DNA from: Candidatus Poribacteria bacterium | Lineage (GTDB): Bacteria; Poribacteria; WGA-4E; WGA-3G | Length of the DNA: 64,000 nt | NCBI GenBank assembly: GCA_028820845.1 | Contig: JAPPII010000004.1 | Span: 20,314-84,313 of the forward strand | Direction: 5' to 3' | Shown: in pieces, positions 9,141-19,500 of the stretch | Position numbering within the stretch: position 1 is the first letter of the stretch | How the letters are laid out: each line of letters starts with the position of its first letter | Notes under the pieces: model-generated | What the model saw: only the letters and a program-made list of their open reading frames with translations | What the model was told of the DNA's origin: nothing | Database searches by the model: none | Program-made: the position numbers and the translations under genes

Positions 9141-10196
9141 CTACCAATCCTCATCGAAGAACGGCGTACTCGGATAACTATAGACGTTACCTTCATAGTT
9201 TTGGAGTTGGATTTCATCGTCATCGAAAGTGACAACAGGGTCTGGCATCAGTGCGATTTTTCCGCCACCACCGGGAGCGTCAATCACGTAATGCGGTACA
9301 CCGAGTCCCGAAATATGGCCACGCAACGCCGAAACAATGTCTAAACCGGTTTGGACGGCTGTTCGGAAGTGATCGGTTCCGACGACAAGATCGGCTTGAT
9401 AGATATAGTAAGGTTTAACTCGGATACGCAACAGTCCTTTCATGAGTTCGACCATCACGGCGGGATCGTCGTTCACGCCTTTGAGGAGGACTGCTTGGTT
9501 ACCGAGCGGTATACCGGCATCGGCTAACATACCACACGCCTTTTCCGTCTCAGGTGTAATCTCGCGTGGGTGATTGAAGTGCGTGTTAATGTAAAAAGGG
9601 TGGGACTGTTTCAAAATCGCACACAACTCAGGCGTAATCCGCTGGGGTAAAGTCACGGGGACGCGTGAGCCAATCCGAATGATTTCCAAGTGTTCAATTG
9701 CCCGCAAGCCGCCGACGATATAGTCGATTTTCTTGTCCGTCAACATGAGCGGATCGCCACCGGAGATGATGACATCACGGATCTCTGGGTGTGCCTGAAT
9801 ATAAGCAAGTCCTCTCTCAACGTTATCTTCAGAGATTGAGTACGGGTCGCCGACTTTCCGTTTACGGGTACAGAAACGGCAGTAAATCGGACACATGTAG
9901 TTCACATAAAAAAGTGCCCGGTCGGGGTAGCGATGAGTGACGTTCGGAACTTCGCTGTCGTCTTCTTCGTGGAGTGGGTCCTCTACGCCTGTGCTAATCA
10001 GTTCCTTTGGATCAGGCACAACCTGTTTCCAGATAGGGTCGCCCGGCTCTTCTATAAGACTGAGATAGTACGGATTAATACGGATCGGAAATTCTTTGTG
10101 AATCCGCCGCATCTCCTCTATGTCAACGTCGAATACGGCGGCGAGTTTTTCGGGGGTGTTAACTGTATCTCTAACGAGACGTTTCCATTCTTCCAT
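9141..10196 (-). CDS. KamA-family radical SAM protein, lysine 2,3-aminomutase-like. At 351 aa it is EpmB/YjeK-sized.
   Basis: CPIYCRFCTRKRKV (CxxxCxxC radical-SAM cluster motif). Overall KamA-like sequence ...HRYPDRALFYVNYMCPIYCRFCTRK...IISGGDPLML. Confidence 0.8.
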   Translation of the reverse strand: MEEWKRLVRDTVNTPEKLAAVFDVDIEEMRRIHKEFPIRINPYYLSLIEEPGDPIWKQVVPDPKELISTGVEDPLHEEDDSEVPNVTHRYPDRALFYVNYMCPIYCRFCTRKRKVGDPYSISEDNVERGLAYIQAHPEIRDVIISGGDPLMLTDKKIDYIVGGLRAIEHLEIIRIGSRVPVTLPQRITPELCAILKQSHPFYINTHFNHPREITPETEKACGMLADAGIPLGNQAVLLKGVNDDPAVMVELMKGLLRIRVKPYYIYQADLVVGTDHFRTAVQTGLDIVSALRGHISGLGVPHYVIDAPGGGGKIALMPDPVVTFDDDEIQLQNYEGNVYSYPSTPFFDEDW

Positions 10197-10258
10197 TTTT
10201 ATTCATGTCCGTCCTTTCTAAATTTGCGTTAACTGATTGCTGATGGATGACACCTATG

Positions 10259-10822
10259 CTATTCTTCTTGATAGTTCTCAATTGACACGCTCTCCATAAC
10301 ATCGCCTTCGCGGAGTACGTCTACGACATCCATGCCCTCAATAACCTTCCCAAATGTAGTGTAACTGCCGTTTAGGTGCGCGTAGCGGGTCGGGTCTGAA
10401 CTGAGACAGATATAAAACTGACTTCCGGCTGAATCGGGATTCTGCGTCCGGGCCATCGCGACGACCCCTTTTTCATGGAGTGGCATCTTCTCGCGAAGAT
10501 CGGAGTCTTGGAATTCGCCACGGATGCTCCATCCGGGGCCGCCTCTGCCTGTCCCTTGTGGATCGCCGCCTTGTATCACGAAACCTGGCACAAACCGGTG
10601 AAAGACCACACCGTTGTAGAAACCGGATTCGATGAGTTTCGCAAAATTTGCGACCGTGGCGGGCGCGGCTTCTGGGTAAAGTTGAATAATAATGTTGCCT
10701 TTTTCGGTTTCAATCGTTACATAGGGTAATTGTTCACCGTTACATGAGATGACTGTCGCTAAGAACGCACTGAATAAGCTAAATCGCATAATCTGAGTGT
10801 GAAAATTTGGGGGTTTCCACAA
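10259..10822 (-). CDS. ppiA: Cyclophilin-type peptidyl-prolyl cis-trans isomerase, secreted or lipoprotein.
   Basis: VVFHRFVPGFVIQGGDPQGTGRGGPGWSIRGEF is a cyclophilin signature. N-terminal hydrophobic segment with a possible lipobox VISC. The true start is probably the internal Met (about 10789). Confidence 0.8.
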   Translation of the reverse strand: MWKPPNFHTQIMRFSLFSAFLATVISCNGEQLPYVTIETEKGNIIIQLYPEAAPATVANFAKLIESGFYNGVVFHRFVPGFVIQGGDPQGTGRGGPGWSIRGEFQDSDLREKMPLHEKGVVAMARTQNPDSAGSQFYICLSSDPTRYAHLNGSYTTFGKVIEGMDVVDVLREGDVMESVSIENYQEE

Positions 10823-11097
10823 AATCCTTTTCTTTTTTTATTACGCTAATTGACACTCTTCGGGAGGTTGTCAGCGTAAATGTTATTTGGGTTTAATAAA
10901 AAATCTCCAACAGTTTCCACGGATGAGAACGTCAGGGTTACTCTCGGAGAAATAAAAGATTCGTATACATTATATCTTCATTTGCACGCCGTGTCAAACA
11001 AAATTTTAAAACGCTTGGAAAGGAAGAGATCGACTTGCCCTTTGTGCGTTGGACATGGTATTCTATATAATATAGGTGGTGATTGCAAGTGCGGAGC

Positions 11098-12189
11098 ATG
11101 TTGATAGAAAATCAAAAGACGCGTGATCTCGTCGCGATTTTGAAATTACTGTCGCCTGGAACGTCTCTGAGAGAAGGCATTGATTATATTATCCAAGGCG
11201 AAATGGGCGGACTTATTGTCGTTGGCGATACGCCGGAAATCTTAGATTTAACGGAGGGCGGTTTCCGAATTAATTGCCAATACACACCGACGCGCCTGTT
11301 TGAATTGTCAAAGATGGATGGTGCCATTATTCTCTCTGAAGATACACAAAGGATAGTGCGTGCCAATGTGACGCTAAGAATCAATCCTGCTATAGCTTCT
11401 CGCGAAACCGGGCTCCGTCACCGCTCAGCCGATAAATTTGCGAAGCAGACGGATCATATCGTCTTGGCTGTGTCGCAGGCAAGGAGCACGCTTACCTTAT
11501 ATCTCAAGGAGCAACGCTATATTTTCCGAGAGCGTCCGATACTGCTTTCGGGTGCGAACCAGACGATGCTGGCACTCACACAGTACGTCAAAGCCAGGCA
11601 GGATGCTGTCGCTGTTCTGAATTGGGCGGAATTAAGCGGGAGTGTTACATTGGCAAATGTCGTCACGGCGATTCAATTGTCTGAACGCGTCCGGCGCGCC
11701 GATCAGGAACTCAATCGCTACAGAATTGAGTTAGGCACTGAAGCAGAATCCTTGCAATACACGCCGGAACTCACATCTGAAATTGAGAGAGGGCTTCTGA
11801 TTATAAAGGACTATTATCATGAGAGCCTGCGTGACGGATCTCAAGCCTTCGAGAAAATTCTAAGATTTGATGCGAATAGCCTCGCCAGTCGAAGCAATAT
11901 CAGTGAGGCTTTAGGCTATCCGCGCGACATTCATAACACGTTCGATATGCTCGAACCACGCGGCTATCGTATGCTGAGCCAAGTGCCTCGAATCCCGTTC
12001 GGTGTTATTGAAAACATCGTTCGCCAGTTCAAGAATTTGAATAACATTTACACCGCCGCTATTGATGAACTCCAAGCGGTTGACGGTGTTGGTGAAACGA
12101 GGGCATCAACCATTAAGGATGCCCTCGCGCAGATGAAAACCACTACTGTCCAACCGCATGCCCTTGCGGCACCTACGTTTGAATGGTGA
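11098..12189 (+). CDS. disA: DNA integrity scanning protein DisA (diadenylate cyclase).
   Basis: DAC domain: LSPGTSLREGIDYIIQGEMGGLIVVGD...DGAIILSED...RANVTLRINP...ETGLRHRSA. C-terminal HhH: LQAVDGVGETRASTIKDAL. The ATG is at 11098; the track's 11083 is a TTG. Confidence 0.85.
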   Translation: MLIENQKTRDLVAILKLLSPGTSLREGIDYIIQGEMGGLIVVGDTPEILDLTEGGFRINCQYTPTRLFELSKMDGAIILSEDTQRIVRANVTLRINPAIASRETGLRHRSADKFAKQTDHIVLAVSQARSTLTLYLKEQRYIFRERPILLSGANQTMLALTQYVKARQDAVAVLNWAELSGSVTLANVVTAIQLSERVRRADQELNRYRIELGTEAESLQYTPELTSEIERGLLIIKDYYHESLRDGSQAFEKILRFDANSLASRSNISEALGYPRDIHNTFDMLEPRGYRMLSQVPRIPFGVIENIVRQFKNLNNIYTAAIDELQAVDGVGETRASTIKDALAQMKTTTVQPHALAAPTFEW

Positions 12190-12262
12190 AGAGAGTTAAT
12201 CTCAAAAGATGCGTTTATCAAAACGATGCTATGTGGACAAAAACTAACAATTAAACCCATTT

Positions 12263-12429
12263 AGGACTTACGCACTCCCCTGGTAGGTGCGGTTTCCAAC
12301 CGCACCGAACCCTGATAGAAAGTGCCTGCACCATTGGTAGGTGCGGTTTCCAACCGCACCGAGCCCTGATAGAAAGTGCCTGCACCATATCAAAATAGGC
12401 GTTCTGACCCCAATTTTGCGTAAGTCCTA
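12263..12429. repeat. MITE-like element bounded by inverted repeats ggacttacgca / tgcgtaagtcc. It contains two tandem 54-bp units, each with a ggtaggtgcggtttccaaccgcacc hairpin (12282-12306 and 12336-12360).
   Basis: Direct reading. The same terminal inverted repeats bound the elements at 15781-15900, 42986-43108, 46161-46273 and 50322-50435. Confidence 0.8.
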
Positions 12430-12463
12430 CTATTGAATAAAAACATTTAAAAGGAGTCCCAAA

Positions 12464-13792
12464 ATGAAACAATTCATCGCTTTATCGCCGAGGGGGAACT
12501 CGGTATTGCGCAGAAATTTGCTCATCGGCTTGCTCCTCGTTTCGTTCGGTTTAGCAGGATGTGGTGGAAAACTTGGGGAAATTGAACCCGCAGCAGTTGA
12601 TACAGCAATAGCGGACGCAGCGGCAGCCGTTGCTGCAGCACGAGAGGCCGACGCGCCATCGCTTGCAGCTGATGCCTTTGCAATCGCCGTGTCTAATCTT
12701 GAAGCCGCGAAAACAGCACTCGCCGAGAAAAAGGGCGACGAAGCACTCCGTCTCGCATACCAAGCGATTAGTGACGCGAGAATCGCACGGAGGGATGCGC
12801 TTAACATTGCCAAAAATGCTGAACTCAATGCAGCGTTACTTCAAAAAGCGACAGGCGCAGACGAACTCCGACAGACACTCAGTGCGAAAGAAAAAAAACT
12901 CGCCGAACTCCGAACAGAGGTTCAGGACCTGCAGCGCAAGCAGGAGAAGCGAAACCAGACGCTTAGCGAACTTGAAGAAAAGAATCGTGAATTAAGAGAT
13001 AAACGGGCAACCTATAGCGCACAAGTCGCCGAGCTCTCCAAAACGTTAGAGGCTATTCAGAAACGCGCCACGCGCGCAGAGACTGAACTCCGTAACTACG
13101 GCAGAGATGTCTTGAACCTTCGTCAGAAACTCGAAGTCGCTGAAAGGATGGCTAAAGAGGAAGGGCATCAGAAGCGAGCCGTTGTCGCTGAGATAAATTC
13201 ACTGAGAAGGGAATTCCGCGAGCAGGCTGCGATCTATACGGAGAAACTCGCAGAGGCAAGTCAGGTGCAGACTGACAAACAGCACGAAGAATATCTAAAA
13301 CAGAAAGCACAAGAGGCGCGCGCCTACGTTGATAGCCAACCTGTCCTTCATCCGCCCAAAACAGGACAGACATCTCTCTCCACAGCACAGATTGCCGCCG
13401 GGAAGGCTGCACTTCGCAATTGGGAAAATACTTGGTATAGCAGAAACTTGGACGCGCATCTATCGTACTATACACCTGGTGTTGTTACCGACAAAGTGGT
13501 CATTCACGAGAGTCAAGAACATCGAAACAAAATCGACTTGCAGCAACTCCAATCTGACCTTCGTGAGATGAACACCTATGGGTGGAGCAAAGTCAAAATG
13601 GACACTCAGGTTGAAGGCGAGAGCATTATCGGTATCAATCGACTGACCCGATTGGTCACACCCGCAGCAGACGAAAACGCTGCTGCCCTCTACAATATCT
13701 GGATTCGCGAAGTCTGGATGCATGAGGTTGGGAACGCTTGGAAAATCCATCACGAAGTCTGGCAAATCTATGAGAACGTGCCAAACTTCTAA
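12464..13792 (+). CDS. Lipoprotein with a long coiled-coil region and a C-terminal NTF2-like (DUF4440/SnoaL-like) domain.
   Basis: Lipobox LVSFGLAGCGG. Heptad-rich Ala/Glu/Lys/Arg middle region. C-terminal AALRNWENTWYSRNLDAHLSYYTPG...WKIHHEVWQIYENVPNF is paralogous to the C-terminus of the next ORF. Confidence 0.6.
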   Translation: MKQFIALSPRGNSVLRRNLLIGLLLVSFGLAGCGGKLGEIEPAAVDTAIADAAAAVAAAREADAPSLAADAFAIAVSNLEAAKTALAEKKGDEALRLAYQAISDARIARRDALNIAKNAELNAALLQKATGADELRQTLSAKEKKLAELRTEVQDLQRKQEKRNQTLSELEEKNRELRDKRATYSAQVAELSKTLEAIQKRATRAETELRNYGRDVLNLRQKLEVAERMAKEEGHQKRAVVAEINSLRREFREQAAIYTEKLAEASQVQTDKQHEEYLKQKAQEARAYVDSQPVLHPPKTGQTSLSTAQIAAGKAALRNWENTWYSRNLDAHLSYYTPGVVTDKVVIHESQEHRNKIDLQQLQSDLREMNTYGWSKVKMDTQVEGESIIGINRLTRLVTPAADENAAALYNIWIREVWMHEVGNAWKIHHEVWQIYENVPNF

Positions 13793-13825
13793 GCACGTCT
13801 CCCAATTAAACACGGAGGGTCAATT

Positions 13826-15232
13826 GTGAAAGACGTACAGAACCAGCAAAACCAGGCGAAGAAACCTAATATACCGCGAAGCCTAATATGGGGTGGGAGT
13901 ATTAGCGGCATTGTTATCGCTTTCGTTGTGCTCTTAGTGGTATTGATGAGTTCCAGTGAAACCCCTACTGCCTTTTTGGCAAAATGGAAGAACGCACTTG
14001 AGTCCGGCAGTGTTAAAAAGTATGACGCGCTCTGGGTGAAGAATTCACGCCAACGTCCTGATACCGGCTATCAGGAGACAGTCGGCCTTCTCAGGGGCGG
14101 CGCGCGGCTGGAGGTTAACCTTGGCGGTGCCACACAAACGTTCCGAGTGCCGCGATATCCCAACCGCTACCGAATTGAGGGAATTCCAGTAACAGCGCAC
14201 CTTTCAGGAGAACCCCAGCAGCAGTTGCGAAATCTTTTTATCGAAAAACAGGGATTTGTTCAACAGCGCTGGAAAATTATTCAAGACGAGATCGTTGGAA
14301 GTGACTTCGTCGCGACACTTCCAGACACGGATCCACCGCAGCAGAATGGAGCACAGCCTAAAAGTCCTGTCTTACCAGTCGTCCTGAGTTGGAAAAGTGC
14401 TTTGGAATCTCAAGATGTGAGGACCTATACCGATCTATGGGACAAGTCTGCTCGCAAAACAAGGGCATCGAGTTTTCGGCGTGCCACTGAACTTCTGTCG
14501 CAGACCCATGTTGTTAATCTCGCAGAAGCGACCTATACGCCTGTCCCGCGTCAGAAAGACCGGCATGTCGTTGACAACATCAGCGTAACTTTACAGGGCG
14601 GTGAGAGTATCATTGAGACGCATGTCCGTACACTTACTATTCAGAAAAAAGGGTTTTTCAGACGTAAATGGAGAATCATTAACGATCAGATCGGTCAGAT
14701 GTCCGACGCTATTGCACTCGCGCCAAACGTGCCGTCGCCCGGGGCGGATACTGTCTCCGGTGAAGCATCTGGGAACCCCTTTGATGGGAACGCACCTATT
14801 GATACGCAGCTCAAGGTGCGGCAGGTTTTGGGGAAGTGGCAGAAGGCTTGGGAAGAGAAGGACCTTAACACCTATATGTCCATCTATTCAGAGAGGTCCC
14901 GGATTACGCGTGTCACTGTCCGCGGTGGAAAAGAAACCTCCGTCCACCTCTCAAAGGGACAGCTCCGAGAGAAGATGAAGCGGTTGAACAGCATATATGC
15001 TGAAATCCAGGTCTCTATCTCTAATTTACAAGTTAACGGAGACCGGGCAGTAGCGGATGTCCAGTTCTTGCAAAAGTTCACCGGTACCCGTGCAAGTGGC
15101 AGCCGACCGGCTTACTCCGATTACGGCACGAAAAAATTGAATCTCATGGTAGATCCGACGGATGGACACTGGCGCATCTACTCAGAGACCTGGAGCCGGT
15201 ATGAGGATGTTCCAGATTTTCCGAAGATGTAG
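13826..15232 (+). CDS. Membrane-anchored protein with three tandem NTF2-like (DUF4440-like) repeats.
   Basis: N-terminal TM segment IWGGSISGIVIAFVVLLVVLM. Three repeats each open with W(K/Q)(N/S/K)ALES..(V/L)..Y..LW.K: FLAKWKNALESGSVKKYDALWVK, VLSWKSALESQDVRTYTDLWDK, VLGKWQKAWEEKDLNTYMSIYSE. The C-terminus ...WRIYSETWSRYEDVPDF mirrors ...WQIYENVPNF of the previous ORF. Confidence 0.55.
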   Translation: MKDVQNQQNQAKKPNIPRSLIWGGSISGIVIAFVVLLVVLMSSSETPTAFLAKWKNALESGSVKKYDALWVKNSRQRPDTGYQETVGLLRGGARLEVNLGGATQTFRVPRYPNRYRIEGIPVTAHLSGEPQQQLRNLFIEKQGFVQQRWKIIQDEIVGSDFVATLPDTDPPQQNGAQPKSPVLPVVLSWKSALESQDVRTYTDLWDKSARKTRASSFRRATELLSQTHVVNLAEATYTPVPRQKDRHVVDNISVTLQGGESIIETHVRTLTIQKKGFFRRKWRIINDQIGQMSDAIALAPNVPSPGADTVSGEASGNPFDGNAPIDTQLKVRQVLGKWQKAWEEKDLNTYMSIYSERSRITRVTVRGGKETSVHLSKGQLREKMKRLNSIYAEIQVSISNLQVNGDRAVADVQFLQKFTGTRASGSRPAYSDYGTKKLNLMVDPTDGHWRIYSETWSRYEDVPDFPKM

Positions 15233-15355
15233 CGGGATAGCGGTCAGCAGTTAGCCGTTGGCAGTCAGTTAAGAGGTGTCTGGTTTATCCCAACCCTCTT
15301 CAACTGACAACTATTCCTCTGACAACCAACAACCCATAACCCATAACCCTGAAAA

Positions 15356-15769
15356 ATGCCCACTGAGTACCGAACCAAGCGAAAAATTGAGTTCGCTGAC
15401 ACCGATATGGCAGGGATTGTCCATTTTACACGATTTTTCGTCTTCATGGAGTCCGCTGAACACGAGTTCCTACGCAGCTTAGGGACAAGTGTCGCAACCG
15501 AATGGAATGGAGACAAAATCGGATGGCCTCGACTCGCCGCTTCGTGTGAGTATCTAAGTCCACTCCGGTTTGAAGATGAGGTTGACATCCGCCTCCGGAT
15601 CTCCAAAAAAGGGACGAAATCGCTCACCTATCAATTTCACTTTACACATCAAGGAAAAGACATCGCACGTGGGGAGATTACCACTGTCTGTTGTGTAACG
15701 AACCCTGGTGAAAAACTACGGGCAATCCCTATCCCCGATTTCATTGCCAATCAGATTTTCTGTTCATGA
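15356..15769 (+). CDS. Hotdog-fold acyl-CoA thioesterase (4HBT/YbgC family).
   Basis: KIEFADTDMAGIVHFTRFFVFMESAEHEFLRSLG is a 4HBT-family signature. Confidence 0.75.
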   Translation: MPTEYRTKRKIEFADTDMAGIVHFTRFFVFMESAEHEFLRSLGTSVATEWNGDKIGWPRLAASCEYLSPLRFEDEVDIRLRISKKGTKSLTYQFHFTHQGKDIARGEITTVCCVTNPGEKLRAIPIPDFIANQIFCS

Positions 15770-15780
15770 AAAAATAATAG

Positions 15781-15900
15781 AACTTACGCATGCTGCTCTT
15801 TTGTAGCACAAACTTCCCAGTTTGTGGCACGAGAACACTGTGTTTTCCGAAAATTCTCATTAAACAGAACGGGCTGCAGTCAAAATTGCGTAAGTCCTGA
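15781..15900. repeat. MITE-like element of the ggacttacgca / tgcgtaagtcc inverted-repeat family, with an internal cacaaact...agtttgtg hairpin.
   Basis: acttacgcatgctgctcttttgtagcacaaacttcccagtttgtg ... gtcaaaattgcgtaagtcctga. Confidence 0.7.
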
Positions 15901-15909
15901 ATAAAAAAC

Positions 15910-16599
15910 ATGAAACAATCGCGTCCTACTACTCCGTTGCTTAAAGTTTCCAATGTCTCCAAAGACTTCGGATCCGTTCAAGTCTTGCGAAATATTTCAT
16001 TTACGCTCACTGACGGGACTTCGGTGGCGATTACCGGCCCATCTGGCTCTGGCAAAAGCACACTGCTACACATTGTCGGAACGTTAGAGGCACCGAGTAG
16101 CGGACGGCTTGAGATTAACAACACGGACCCGTTTCGGCTTTCTGAACCCGAACTCGCCCGCTATCGGAACGCTGTCATCGGATTTGTATTTCAGGATCAT
16201 CATCTGCTCCCGCAGTATTCCGTGCTTGAGAACGTCCTTATTCCGACACTCGTCTCCAAGCGGGCACCTGACCCAACACAACGCGCACACGAACTCCTCA
16301 GACGGATAGGCCTCGCGCACCGCGTGTCGCATCGACCCGCTGAACTTTCCGGGGGTGAACGACAACGCGTCGCTATTGCCCGTGCTCTCATTAATCAACC
16401 CGATATCCTCCTCTGCGATGAACCGACGGGAAACCTCGATACAACAACTTCCGATACCATCGCCGACTTGCTCTTTGAGCTCCACCGTGTAGAGCAGAAG
16501 ATATTGATTGTTGTCACCCACAACCTTGAATTCGCGTCCCGTTTTCAGCAGCACCTGCAACTTGTCGATGGCATTTGCAGCGTCACGCAAAGTGCCTAA
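15910..16599 (+). CDS. ABC transporter ATP-binding protein, LolD/FtsE/MacB family.
   Basis: Walker A GPSGSGKSTLLHIVG. Signature LSGGERQRVAIARAL. Walker B ILLCDEPTGNLD. Confidence 0.9.
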   Translation: MKQSRPTTPLLKVSNVSKDFGSVQVLRNISFTLTDGTSVAITGPSGSGKSTLLHIVGTLEAPSSGRLEINNTDPFRLSEPELARYRNAVIGFVFQDHHLLPQYSVLENVLIPTLVSKRAPDPTQRAHELLRRIGLAHRVSHRPAELSGGERQRVAIARALINQPDILLCDEPTGNLDTTTSDTIADLLFELHRVEQKILIVVTHNLEFASRFQQHLQLVDGICSVTQSA

Positions 16600-19500
16600 C
16601 CCAACAGACGATGCACAGATTTTCTTGGAACGCCCTTAAACACTTCTGGCAGATACACCTCACCGTCGCCCTCTGTACAGCTGTCGCCACCGGTGTGCTT
16701 GCGGGGGCTTTGCTCGTCGGAGATTCTGTCCGTGGAAGTCTCCGCAGCCTCACGACAGAACGGCTCGGTACAATTCAACATGCCCTCCTCGCCGATCACT
16801 TTTTTCAGCCAAATATCTTAGATCGGCAAAACACTGTACCAACGATTTTGTTGAATGGCACGGTTGTTGCGCCACAGGCACAGACCCGTGCATCAAAGGT
16901 TAACGTCATCGGCGTAACAGAAGACTTCTTCACCTTTTGGGTAGGCGATCCCGTGCCGAACCTGAACAAACCCCCTAATCAGCCTTTCAACACGATTGTC
17001 ATCAACGAGGCACTCCAAAGTGAGTTGAAGGTCCAAATCGGCGATATGCTCTTGGTGAACGTCGCGCAAGTTGCTGACATCCATCCCGAATTCTTGCTCG
17101 GTGAACGCGACGCTGCGGAGGCTATCCAGAGCCTCCGATTGGTCATCAGCGATATTGTTCCGACGAAGAACGCCGGTAGGTTCAACCTACGCGCACATCA
17201 AAACCTCCCTTTCAACGCTTTCATCGCGCTTCCAACTTTACAAAAAGCACTCGGACAGGTAGACCAAGTAAATGCCCTCTTCACGGCAGAAACAACCCCT
17301 ATTTCATCTGACCAACTCACGTTGACGCTTGAGGCTCTTGACTTGAACATTCAAATGCATAGAGACCACTTGGATCTCCAAAGTCGGCAGTACCTCCTCA
17401 AACCTGTGTTATCGGAGAGTGCCTTGACGGTTGCAACGGAAAACAGTATCTCGACCCTCCCGACGCTGACCTATCTCGCAAATACAATATCTGCCAACGA
17501 TAGGACGGTTCCATATTCCACAATTGTTGCATTCCCAACGGATGAAGGAGAGTTTTCAGATGACTATCGCGCCAAACCAAATGAAATCGTTCTCAATACG
17601 TGGACAGCGGATGATCTCGGCGTGAAAGTCGGCGATGAAATTAGCATTACATATTATAGTGTCGGGGCGGATGAGACCTATAACACCGAAACAGCATCCT
17701 TTCTTCTGAAGGGGATCGTGCCAATCGAGGGCATCGCTGCCGATAGAGGCATCATTCCTGAGTTCCCGGGTATCCACGACACCGCTGATATGTCTGAATG
17801 GGAATCCCCTTTTCCGATTGATTATACCCTCATCCGCAGCCAAGATGAGACGTATTGGGATGAATACGGACCCACACCGAAAGCGTTTATCTCGCTGGAG
17901 ACGGGCAAGCGACTCTGGCAGAATCGGTTTGGCGATCTTACGACTATTCGCATGAAGGTGCCACAAGGTTCAGACGTGCAGGCAACACGCACGCTTTTTG
18001 AAACCCAGTTCCTCAAAAGGATTCAACCCGAGCAGATCGGATTTCAATTCTTGGCGCTCCAAACAGAAGGACTGCAAGCCGCTACAGGTGCCACGGATTT
18101 CGGGATGCTGTTTAGCAGCCTCAGTATCCTTATTATTCTCGCTGTCGCCTGGCTTGTCGAGCTGTTCTTTCGTATCGGTGTTGAACAACGTTCTCACGAG
18201 ATTGGTATACTACAAGCCGTTGGCTATCCACTCGCTAAAATCCGCCGTCGTTTCTTTTTGGAGGGTGGGAGTGTCGCCGGTATCGGCACGCTTTTGGGAT
18301 GCTTACTCGCCATTGGGTACGCCCAACTGATGCTATTCGGGTTAAAGACGTGGTGGTTGCCTGCTATCGGCACCCCCTTCATCGCATTTCACGCGAGTTT
18401 ATGGAGCCTACTTATCGGGGTATGCGTGACAATGGTCGTCATGCTGAATGCCATCCGTGTTGCCGTCGCGAGGATAGGACGGACTTCGACGGCTACGCTC
18501 CTCGCCGGTGGAGCGGATTTTGATGACGCCGGTGTAAAACCAAAATCTCAAGAAACGAAGACAGCAGGCGGTTTAATATCAAAAATTACCTTTCTGGGGC
18601 TCGGTATCTGGTTCGGTATCATAGCCGGATCCCATCTCTTTGACGATGGATGGTTCGGATTGATTCCTTTGGTTTTGATACTTGCTATTATTTTATTTTC
18701 TATCCGCTATGGACTCCATAAAGCCGAGGGAATCTACGCGCATCTGACCCGTCAGCACATTAATTCAATGTTTTTGTTTTGCTGCATTGGGGTTGTTATC
18801 GGTGTTATCATTGGCTATTTCCCTTTAGTCCAGTGGATTCGAGAGACGGTTTTTTCGTGGTTTGAACATCCGGTTGTTCAATTTCTATTCTCCACACTCT
18901 CTATTCTCGGTGTGGGATGGCTGGCTTTTAGTAGATGGCTCGCCTCCGAGAACGTACCGAAACGGTTCAGCCGGATGCGATTTGCTATCAAAAATGCTGC
19001 GCGGCAGCCCCAACGGAGCAAAGTCTCTGTTACAACCGTCAGCTTGGCGTGCTGTATTATCGTGGCAGTCGGTGCGAATCGGCACGACGCACCCCCAAAA
19101 ACAGAATACGCCTTTGTTGCGGAGTCGGCACTCCCTTTACACCATAGCCTGAATACACCCGACGGGCGGTTTGAACTCGGTTTCTCTGACGCTGCTTCTG
19201 AACTGCTCAGCGCGTCGGAAATCATTCCATTTCGCGTGCTTCCGGGTGAGGACGTGAGTTGTTTAAATCTCTATCAACCTCAGAAACCGCAAATTTTGGG
19301 TGCTTCGGGGGCTATGTTGGTAAAACCGCCGTGGCAGCGATTAGAACTCAGCGATCTCGGAGAAGGGAGAGCACCCGCGATGGGTGACGACAATTCGCTG
19401 CGTTGGATCTTACACCACAATCCTGATGACGATTTTCTTGTCCAAGATGAATTTGGAAAACCGCTGCTTTTGGATATTGAAACGCTTCAGGGGAGTCTCT

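Noticed and set aside
10880-11104. 74-aa ORF ending in CPLCVGHG...CKCGAC, a possible zinc ribbon upstream of disA
   Set aside because: It overlaps the disA promoter and start region (TTGGACA...TATAAT). It has no RBS and nothing else to support it. It is probably non-coding.
12246-12440. Possible CRISPR array from repeated ggtaggtgcggtttccaaccgcacc units
   Set aside because: There are only two tandem copies, with a 54-bp period that includes conserved 'spacer' sequence. The units are palindromic and dispersed singly elsewhere. This is REP/MITE behaviour, not CRISPR.
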